This document shows, one piece after another, positions 9,973 to 21,900 of a stretch of DNA of 26,019 nt. The DNA lies in the IMG/VR virus record IMGVR_UViG_3300017902_000614, positions 1 through 26,019 of that record; one strand, written 5' to 3'. Numbering within the stretch: the stretch's first letter is position 1; every line of letters starts with the position of its first letter. A program made the position numbers and the translations under genes. The notes beneath the pieces are model-generated. The model saw only the letters and a program-made list of their open reading frames with translations, was not told the DNA's origin and did not search any database. This stretch comes from a virus. Its lineage: Duplodnaviria; Caudoviricetes.

Positions 9973-12900
9973 TCATGGTGTGTGAGACCTCTTAATAGCA
10001 CCACTATCACGAATACCAAATCCCCTTCTTTGAATGGTTGGGAATGTGGAAATTCCAAGTCCTTCACCCGCAATAACTGTATTACCAGTCACACCAATTG
10101 ACACAGGATTATTTCTTACAAAATTACCTGATGATGTTGATAAACGTCCCCATGAGAATTTACCTTTCTGTATTTTCTTAACTTTGATTAGACCTTTCAT
10201 CGCATTTGGATGTGATGTACAGTAGTAATGGAATGTAGTGTGTCCAACTCCCGTTGTATTGAACACCACAGTGCCATTTGAGGCACCATTGTTTGTTACG
10301 CCATCACTTACACCTAAAGCAGCACCACCCTCTGTTCTCGAAATTCTAAATGGATGAGCACCCATATTGTTCACAAAACTTACTGTATCACCATCTTCAA
10401 CATACACAGTGCCATTTGCTGCTGAAGATAATGCTGTTTGTGTACTAAATTCATCTCTATGTGGGCCATTAAGTATGTAATTATTCGATCCATTTGCTGT
10501 AACCGCAATACTAAATGATAATCCATACTTAGCAAGATCTATTCCTGTGGTATTGATACCAGAGTGAACATTTACTCTTATGAATGCATTATTAGATAAT
10601 GAACCAATCTCCTTTACCATATAAACATTATCAACAAAAGTTCTTCCTATACCTACAACATCTTCATCTGCACCACTTTCATTCAAACTTGTTACACCGT
10701 GTCCGACTGAGGTTTCAGATATGAAGATTGGAGTCGTTGGTATTAAGTCAGTGAATGCTTGACCTAAAGGTGCTTGTAAACCAAATTCTAAACCAACTGT
10801 GCCACCAATCATAACTGTTGAAATACCAGTAACAATTCCAGAGAATCCTTTGATAGTTTCGATATTTACAAATTCCTCCTTAATCGGTTTATGAGCAGAT
10901 GCGATAACTTTAGGGATAATAGATTGAGAATAACCTGCACCACCACTATTAACTGTAACAGTTGTAATCACTCCATTTGTAATATTTGCAGTTAATACAG
11001 CAGTAGATCCAATTCCAGTTGCTATTGGAGAAACTTTCATAGGAACTGGAGGTTGTGAAATATGCACAGAGGTTGTTGCACCTACATAACCACTACCACC
11101 ATCTACAACATCAATACTTGTAATCGTTCCAGTGTTTGATACTACCGCTGTTAATGCAGCAGATACAGGGTTGTTATTATTAACAACTAATCCTGAAACC
11201 TCTATTGAAGTTACTTGAGAATCTTCATCCTTCTCATATTCAAAGAAATCAGCATCATCAACATAAATTCTATCAGTAGATCCAGTGCCTATATCACCAA
11301 TAATTCTGGCTGTTGGGAATATTAGTGGTTCAATTGAATCTCTTGCTTTTGAAACCACGACTCCATTTACAACTTTATCAATTTTTTGTTTAATCCATGT
11401 TAGTGGTTTATTAGTTGCAGAATCATTTATACCAACTCCAGTGTAAATTTCAGTTTCAAAGGTATCAGTAGTGGTGATACCTGACACTGTTCTTTTGCCT
11501 TGCTCTAAGTCGATAAGAAGTCTAGTATTCGCATTTGTTAAGGTTGATGTATCATTATTTGCATTTATTTGAACAACATCACCCTCTTTAATTGTTTCAA
11601 CTGCATTAATTTCTGTAACATCCTCCGCAGCAGTTCCTTTGTAGAAGAATATTGAAATATTATCATTTGTTTCTGGTGCGGTTGTAAATTCAAATGTTGT
11701 TCCACCATCAAATACATATGCCTCACCTGGCTCCTGCAATACACCATTTACATAAATTGCAAGTAAATTACTCATAACAATTAACTGTGAATCAGTATTA
11801 GACCCAACATCGAAACTTAATAATTCTCCATTAACTCGTAATGGGAATCTAGTTCTAGCACCGTCTTGTAAATTATCAATAGGATCAATATAATCAAATT
11901 CACCGAATTCCCATGAAGAGAATTTATCATTGTAAATTTCAGTGACCTCTAATATGAAGTCCTCTAATGTTGCTCCCCTAGCGGTAACAAGACCAACTGG
12001 TTTGAATTTATCACCACGTTTAAAGGAATGTCCCTCTCTTGCAATTTCAAATGATTCTATTGAGAATAAGGTAGATCCAATACCAACTGTTGAACTCGCA
12101 CCAACATTAAGAGTTACAAGGAGATTTGATCCTGTAGTTGTTCCCGGCACACCATTTCTTGATACTCCAACAACTTCCATGTTTGAATATGTTGGTTCAG
12201 GGAATTCAAATCTTGGGTTTACGTAATTTGTTCCTGCTGCACTTACATTAATATCTAACGTTCCACCAACACCAATATTACCTGTTAACGAAGCCCCAGT
12301 TCCTGCTCCTCCACCAAATCCAATAAATGCAGTTATTGTATTTGTTGTAACTGCAGTGATTACAGTCGCTATTCCAGCGATTGGATCAGGTAGACCTGTG
12401 GTTTTAGAAAGTGCACGAGGATACGCATGATTTGATGCAAAATCATCTCTTGAGCATGTAAATACAAGACTTCCAGTATCAATACCGACAAAGTTACCAA
12501 CACTTAGACCATGATTTGCTATCGTTAATGTCAACAATCCAGTATGTGAAATATATGATGCATCTGTTGCAGTTCTTTGTGTTGCAGCAAAAATATTATT
12601 ACCTGATGCGTTTGTTCTAATTGATCCAACACCTGCACTAACAAATCTATGCACATATGCTAAATCAGTGATTCCAATGGCAACTGTTCCTCCAACAGGT
12701 CTGTAACCAGATCCGAATGTTAATCCAGATGGAGGTCTTGAAGGTGAAACTGATTGATTATAAATTGTTGATCCTATACCAACAGCAGTAATACCACCGA
12801 ATTGATTTAATATACCAGTCACAGCAGCTCCAACCAATGGTGCGACTCCTAATCCACCAGTTGATCCAAGAGAGACAATTTTACCACCTCTTGGTAGTTG

Positions 12901-15900
12901 GTTTTGATTTACATCACCTTGTACAATTACTTGATCTCCTGATAATGCAGATGATACTCCAGTGAAAACAATATCTTGAGTAGATGTTCCTTTAAAGTCA
13001 TAGTTATTACCCAAATTGTTATTAGTGGTTGGTTTTTGAAAAATACCGTTTATTAAAACTAATGAACTTCCAGTTGTAATTCCTGTTGCATTAGTTCCGT
13101 TTGATTTCATTCTAAAAGTAGCACCAACTCCAGTAAATTGAGTTGATAAATCATCAAATATTCTATTTGTAGTATAAGTTTTTCTGAGATATGTTCGACC
13201 TTGGAATGCAGATCTAGGAGTTTCAAGTCCTGAACTATCTCTATCAATATTATTTGTTCCTTTAGGAGCGTCTGCAAAGAACACTGTAGAATCTACTATA
13301 TTAAATGAACCAGAGTTAACCCTCCCTACAGTGCCATCGTTATGTGTAGTGATATTAGTTCCTAATGATCCTCTCTCAACTCCTAAAATATTAAATGTTC
13401 CAATACCAGTTACCGGCCCTGTAGAAGTCGTACCAAATCCAACAGATGTAACCTTCATAAATTCATTATTAAATTTGACATGATCCTCTAAATTAATATC
13501 AGTTGTTGAGTTCACACAAATATCAGATGTAGTAGTTGATATACTGCCTCCATTGTTCACCAATGTGGTTGTAACGGGGGAAAATGCCATTGGTGACTGA
13601 ATAATACCGTCGATAACTAAAACGGTCTTTTCAAGTCGTTTTGCCATTGTCAAACGATGTGAATTACCTGCACCCACATTATTAAATGTGACAGTTGTTC
13701 CACCACTTGATTCGCGAAGTCTAAAATTATTATTATCAATCTTATTAACAAACACAGTTGTGGCTAAATTAGAACCATTTGACTTTTGTAAAGAAGTTGC
13801 TCCTACTCCAGCAAATGTAGATTTAGGTGTATAAGTTAACTGTTCATTTTCTGAGAAAAAGTGATTTGGTATTGTAAATACACCAGTTGTTCTGTTTAAT
13901 TTTAATGTATCTTCTGGATCAAATCCCTTTTCATAAATTGGTGTGCCATTATTTTTTAATACAAAACTTTTCTTATTAGATCTTGTTCCATTAACTGCAT
14001 TATATTGGAAAACTCGAAGTGTTTCATTTACACGGCCGTAACCTAAATCAGGAGGATCATTAAGAATATCGATGTCTTTATAAATTTCTTCACTAAAATG
14101 TTGAACTGTGTGACTTCCAGTTCCTGAATCTGGATGGAATTTAACAACAAAATTAGAAGCAGTTAAATTGGATGAAAATGTTCCTATACCAGATGTGCTA
14201 CCAATCGAAATAAATGGATAATGGATTGTGTGAGTGTCTGTTCCATCATGTATTGCTAAAACTTGATGTACCGCACTTGCTGTTGCAGATTTAATTCTTA
14301 CAACACTCTTTACTGCGCTGAAATTATTTTTATCTAATGAAATAAAGTTAGCAGTATTTGTTCGTGTTGTAATTCCTGATCTTAAGTTGATTGTTCTCTC
14401 TGCACCATCTGGTTGTGCATTATCTTTGAATCTAAAGACATCATTTCCACCAGTTGTATTAAATCCAATAACTTTCGCATTAATTTTAACTGTGGATGCA
14501 ATTCCGACAGAATTATCAAAATCAAGAGATAAAATATTATTATGAATTCTTGATCTAAATGTTCCTATAAAGTTAGATGAGAAATTATTTTGTGATGATG
14601 TATCAGCATAATATTCACTGTAGAACGAGTCTGTGCCATCATGAGTTGCATAAATGTCTACGTGATTCTTTTCACCTGATATTATATTTTCTACTTCTAT
14701 AGTGGCATAGAATGCATCTACAGATGTCGTAGATCCAGTTGCGATTGGCTCTGCTGTAGTTCCAACACTAACAACAGTAGATATACCAACTAAGTTAACA
14801 AAACCAATAGACTGTGTTCCACTTCTTAAGTTTTGATCATTAAAACTATTTTTATAGACTTTGATATCAATATCATCATCATTTGGGTTAAATGGAGAGA
14901 TAACTAAATTTTTTGATCCATTAACTGTTCTCCCTTCAACATCTACAATTGTTGATGCTGTTGAAACTAAACTATTTTTTTCAAACGTAAATGTATCTGT
15001 TTTATCATTAAATATTACAACATCATCAACTTGAATTTCACCACTTGCAATATTTCTAGATTGTATTAAAAATCTTGCAAAAGTTTCACCAAAGGGAATT
15101 GATATATTACCTGATAAGTTTGCTTCACTGTCAGAAAATTCTGAACTAATATCATCTATTTTTAATACTCTGTTTGTATTACACTGTATAAAGTTTGATA
15201 ATTTAGTATTTTTAAGTTGAATAAATTTAGATTTTGATCCAGCATCGATGGTATCAATATCTTTTGCTAAGTCAAAATTGTTTATCGCATCAACTCTTTG
15301 CTCTGTAATAACATCCGCAGAGACAACAGTTTGGTTTGTTATACCTATTCCAGCACTAGCCGTAGATGAAATACCAGCATCAGCAAAGTTTTTAAGTCCA
15401 CTTGTGTGTAATAATCTATTAACAGGGTCAACTATTTCATCAAAAGTTTTTGGACTTTGTATTGTATATGATAAATTTTGGTAGTAGTCATTATCTGAAA
15501 GCACCATAAAGTCTTCACTTAATCTTCCAACTTCATCTTTCCATCCCTTGTTTTGTTTAAGAGAGTAATCAATTTTAAATCTACCTTTATTATTAACGAT
15601 AGAGTTGATTGTCGCAACAGTACCTGAATTTTCACCACGTATTGTGTCACCAACTTTTACTTCATATCTACCTTCAATTTTTATAAATTCATCTGGTCTA
15701 TTATCAATAACGATAAGTCCTGTTGAAAGGAAATTGTTATTAACCCTTACGGCTAATTTTTCACCTGTTCTAAACTCTGATGATTTTTGTGTAGTTGTAA
15801 ATTTAGGATATTCGGAAAATTTAATTATTGTTGCAAATTTTTGAGTAGAATCTGCTATTCCGGGATTTGTTGCAGTATTTGGTAACTCAAATTTAACAAT

Positions 15901-18900
15901 TGCAGGGTCTGTATTATTGTACTCCACAACATTAAAGAATTTAAATCCATTGTCTGCAGAATTAAACCCATCTCCTGTTGATCCTTTTGTTATATTTTCA
16001 ACAAATATTTGCTCACCAACTGAAAATTGTGGAGTAGCAAACCCGTTAATCGGTGTTTTAAGAGTGCATGTAACAATACCACTGGTGCTACTTTCAATAT
16101 TTGTTACACGATATCCATTTGAATTATTAATTGTTCTTAAAATTTGAGGTTTTGAAGTTAATCCTCTTGGTGATTCTAATATATCAACATTAGATAAAGA
16201 ATTTGCCGATAAATTTACTTGTAAAACACCTTGATCATTAGTCAATTTACCCGTATCAGGGTCAACAATTACAAGTTCAGGTGCAGAGGTATAATTTACA
16301 CCTCCATCAGATACAGTTATATCTACTATAGAATCTGAATTTATAAGGGTGACTGTCGGTGATAATCTGGCCTCTGGACGAAGTGTTCTATCAGAATGAT
16401 AATCAAAACCGGGATCTGTTATCCGAACTTCATTAATTTTATTAATATTTGATGACAAACATAATATGTTTTCTCCACCTCCATTTACAGATGTTACACT
16501 CGAAACTCCGGGAATATTTTTATATCCAAATCCACCAGATGTTAGATTTATTTTACTGATTCCACCAGAGGTATTTGTGGATGATGTATCATAAGTTATA
16601 GTTGAAGATGCTCCAACATTATAAGATCCCTGTTCAGGAACATCATTTAAAGATATGTTAAATCCACCAGTTGTAACTCCAAAGGCTACATAATTACCAT
16701 TATATTCACTATCTTTGTAAATAATTTCTGATGCATTTTTTACATCAGGATCTGATGTGCTTATAAATCCAGTTTTTTCAAGAGTATAAAATAATTTTTC
16801 TGGATTTGATTTATTGAATTTTAAAGTTATAGTTGAAGTGGTTCCAACACCGACTGTTCCAACACCAATAACACCAAAATCAGTTGATGATCCAATAGAA
16901 ACAAATTCATTTTTAAATTCTGAATCAAAGTAAAATTTTAAATTATATCCGGATAAAGATGGGTCTGAAACATAGAAAAGTAAATTATCATCTCTTATCA
17001 CTTCTAATCTTGGATTTACTAATGATAATTCCTGATTTCCACCACTATTTGCTGTAATTGAAACTACTTTTGGAGGTTCATTAATAACATCATATCTGGT
17101 TTCAGCCAATTTAAAGTTACTATCATCTACTTTGTAAACAAAATACGATCTTTGAGATGTTAAACCTGTAGCAGGATTTCCATTATAGAATAGTTTTTGT
17201 CCAGTTTTAAATCCATGATTAGCAATATTAATTGTATCTGTGTTGACAGAGGAGTTTGTAAATAATATTGGATTTATTAATAGTTTGTCATTCTGGGCAC
17301 TATATTTTACCACAACTGATGTTGCACCTGCACCAACACCTTTTGTTTGTGTAGATCTTAATTTTAAATTAATATTATCATTGTTTTGAAGACCATGAAG
17401 AGTTGATCCAGCAGATACAGTGGCAACACCAACGTTTACTGTAATCCTTTCAACCTTTCCCTTAACTTGTTCATAATTTGATTCAATTGAGTATTCAAAA
17501 TTATCAAATGACGCTGCATTTCCAGTTTTAAAGAACACTGGAGTTGTATTTGCTGTTAAAGCAATGCCCACAACATCTTCTGAAAATTTTCTTATATAAA
17601 CAGTTTGACTATTTCCTGAAGATGGTAAATTAAAATCACCACCAACTTGGAATCTATCACCTAAACCAATTGTAAATTGTGTTGCAGCATTTGATGGTTT
17701 TCTTAAAATTACTTCTTGATTATCTTTGAATGGATGATTTGGTAAAAATATTCCTTTGGCTGGAATTGAAATTGTTTCAGATAGTTCACCAAGAGTAAAT
17801 GGTTTACCAATTGTTACTGTCCTACCAACAGTATTTGCAACACCAACAGATTCTCTTGGATTAAAGTAAATAATATCATTCTTTTTAGATATAAATTCAC
17901 CAATATCTTGAGAGGCTAAATCAATTGTTTGTGGAATTGTTTGAACTAATCCACCAAGAATATGAGATGTAGATGTATCCCCATATCCCACTAGTCCTCT
18001 ATTAACTCTTAAGATACTTCTATCACGGAATACATTAAGAACTCTTAATTTTTCTGTTCCAATTCCTATACTACTTCCTGCCGATACTGAATTAGGTACT
18101 GTAGCCACATAAATGTCTGTGACGATACCTGCAGTGTTTATTCCAGATAGTGCTTTGTATAATACAGTGCTTTCAGAACTAACACCAATTTTATGAGACC
18201 CTGTTAACTTAGGAATACTTGTTGTTAACCCTGATATTACAACTACATCGCTTGTGTTTAAATTATGAGTTGTTGAAATAAATCCAGATACAGTTCCATT
18301 TCCTCCGTTAACAAATACAACATCATTGTAAGTAGTTACTCCTACTTTAACATTATCTAATTCTTTTCCTTCCACTCTTGAAACTGCAGCAGATGCTCCA
18401 CCACCATCAGTATTTGAATTATCAAAGTTTAAACTGTCACCAACTTTATAATTATCACCTGATGACACAATTTGGAAATCACTTACGTTACCAGAAGTAA
18501 CTGATTCTATTATTGATGTTTGTTGATTAATCTCATACGATTCTATAACAAAATTATAGTCAGCATTATCATCATCAAGTTTATATGGAAGTGAATTCCT
18601 AGTCAATTCAGACTTATTGAAATCAAAATTTCCTTGTGTTAAAGTAAAATTATCAGATACAGGATTAGAACGATAAGTGTCACCTATAAAATATGGAAAT
18701 CTTGGTTCTGCATTAGTGGATGAGATTCCTGCAAAATATGCGTAAGTTCCATTTGGAAAATCTGGTGTCTTACAGAATCTACCATTGTTTTCGTCCAAGT
18801 CTCCTGAATTTTTAAACACATGATCCTCTACAAAAAATCCAGACGCAAAAGTTGATAAACTTGGTCTATTTTCAATTAGTGTGGGATCCAAATCGTATCC

Positions 18901-21900
18901 AGAATTAAGAACTCTTGACAATGAGTTATTATCATCTGCCACTGAGTATCCGTATGGCCCGTAAATTGGGTTGCCATCATATGCCCAACCTATAATTGGA
19001 GAGTGTGTTTGTGGTGAAGAGGTGAGATCATCAAATGCTGTTTGAATTTTACCGGAATATCCTAATACTGAATACTGAAGATTAGTATCTGACTCTCTTA
19101 AAAGTATTTCATCACCAAAACGTGTTAAGTTATTAACAGTCAAACTTCTTACAGAACTATCAATAATAAATCCCGATCCATTAGGTGTAACTTTCACGGG
19201 AGGTGATGATGAATATCCAATGCCCGCATTTATGACTTTTACTTCTGTGATTTTACCACCATTAACGACTGCTCTTAATTTACCGCCTATGCCAGTTCCT
19301 ATTCCAACTAAGTCTAAATCTGGTGCTGATGTATAATTTTTGCCTCCAAATCTAACATCACACCCAATTATTTTACCATCTAAAACAACTACCTTTAACT
19401 CAGCACCTGTTCCATTAAGTATTTTTATATTAGGTTTCTTCTCAAAATTTAATATATTTGATCCATAATTAGTTCCACTTTCATAAAGATAAGCATCTAC
19501 TAAAGGCCCACGAATTTTAGGAGTTAAAACTAGTGATTCTGTTCTGCCAGCAGATACTGGAGAATAAACAGCGTTTACACTTACAACAATTGGTTCAAAG
19601 AAAAATTCATGATTACTTAAACTTGAAACTTCTGATATTCTAACAAAGTTACTTCTTTGAAAATTGGATGAGGGATCTGTCGCACCTATACCAACGTCAA
19701 TCAATCTAAATTTGTTATTATCTAATTTTAGTACTCTATACCTTGTGGTTACACCTAAACCTATTGGAGCATGATTTGCATCACCACTTGATGGAGCATA
19801 CTGCACCAAATCACCTGTAATAAAACCATGATTTTTAAAATTGATAGAATTATCAACTGTTGTTATTCCAACTGCTTTAACTATTAGTTTTCTATTTGTA
19901 TAATTTGATCCTGAGTCAAGAACTTTTATTGATTTTAAATGATTTTTTAAATTAAGAAGAGTAAATTTATGATTTCCTGTTTGATTTTCTACAGTGTATC
20001 CTATAGTATTAATACCTGATAAGTAATCTGTCTCTTTTTCAAATAATTTTATTGTTGTAGAATCAATAACTTCTGGATAATAAGTTGATCCATTTATCAA
20101 AGTTTTATTCTGAATTGTATTCGATCCTGCAAAGGTTCCTATTCCTATAGATGCGTGTCCATTATTATTGTATATTAAAGGTTCACCACTTTGTAAGTTA
20201 TGAGCATAGTAAAAATCTATTACGTCATTAATATGATCAACTCCTCCACGTATGTTTTTTAATCTACCATCAAATGGTAATTCTCTTTGTCTTTTAGTGA
20301 CGATAGGTTTTAGTATAGCACCTGATCCATTTCCTCCGGAGATACTAACTGATAATACTTTTTCAATATCAAAATTTTGTTGATCAACCAACATCTCCTT
20401 TAAATCACCTTTAATAACTGGCTGAACTAGGGCAGTTATTCCTGATCCTACATTCGGAACGGAGATCGTAGCAGGATTAATTACATCAAAATCTTTTCCT
20501 TGATTTAATATTTTAAACTCAGATAATGGGCCAAAAAATATCTTATCTAATGATTTATAGTTCGCTATTTCGACACCATTTTTTAAAATTGCAGTGGTTC
20601 CTACTTTTGTTTCGACTGAAGTTCCAGATTTTATGTTTACATCTGCTGGAAACTTTCTTAAAACCTTTTGAACTCCAATCTGTTCGTTTTTATGTCTAAG
20701 TAAAACAAATTTATGGGATCCTGTTGTGCCAATCCCAACATTAGTAAATTCAATATATGGTGGAGCAGCTTGATTTACGTTTGTGACAGTGATGAAAGAT
20801 CTTGATGGATATAATCTAAGTATTTTGTTTTGACCATTTTGGGCAGTTAGAACTTCAGCATAATAAACACCACCTGTTGTATCTAATCCGACGATAGGTT
20901 CATTTTCTGGAACATATGCGATAGCGTCACCAGTTATAAATGGTATTTCCGAATCAAATTGTAATTTAGAATATAGACCTGTAACCGGATTTTTTTCTAA
21001 AAGTTGTTCAGTTCCAATACCAAGTCCATCTACTTGAGGGTCATCTAAAGTTGCTTTAACTACAGTTTTTTCAATTTTGTACGAAGGCATTGAAGAAGAG
21101 GCCACATAATAATCTTGATCACGATCATTATAAGTATTTTGAACATTCGCAGTAATCGAATCATTACCAAATTCTAAATCTACATCTGTGGCACCAAATG
21201 CTTTATCAAGTTCTCTTTGTATATCATATTCTGTATTACCATCATTTAATACTGTTGTATCTAAATCTATATCTTGTAAATTAACTGTAACTCCAACACC
21301 TATGGAAATTGGTGTGAGTTCACCTCTTCTGAAAATAGATACTTTATCTCCATTTTTTAGTTGAGATTTATCAATATTTGATTTTTGAACAACTGCGGAT
21401 GTTGTAGTATTGATTGCAACATTAGATGGGATGTCTACTTGAATACGACTTGCTGTATTGTAAATCCAAGAATTGAAGAAAACTGTTTTTCGTGTCCTAT
21501 CACTTAGAGAGGGTGGATTAGGTATTTCTTCACCAAGATTTTTGACAGTTATTTTTTCACCCTCAAGAGTTACACTTGATCCTGAACTGGGTAATAATTC
21601 AAAATCAGACAAAACACCGGTTATTCTTAACTCAACTCTTTTTGTTAAATCTCCCTCTTCATATCCAAAAATAAATTCATCACTCCTTAAATCGTCTGTT
21701 GATCTTATTGAATTACCTATACCAGCGCAATTTAAAAATTGATTTATTGTTTTGTCTGAATATGTTATAGTATTAATACCATTTACACCATTTGTAATTA
21801 CTGTACCAGTTGTCCCAAATCCAACTGTAGAATCTACAGTGAGTATTGTAGATCCTATCGGTGCATCTTCTATGACTCTTGTTTTTCCCGGAATAGTAAA

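Noticed and set aside
9936-10073. 46-aa N-terminal extension of gp8 given in the ORF track (start 10073)
   Set aside because: It overlaps the gp7 3' end by about 100 nt and runs through the TATAAATA promoter. The gp8-like sequence begins at MPAIVTDQFR (ATG 9935).
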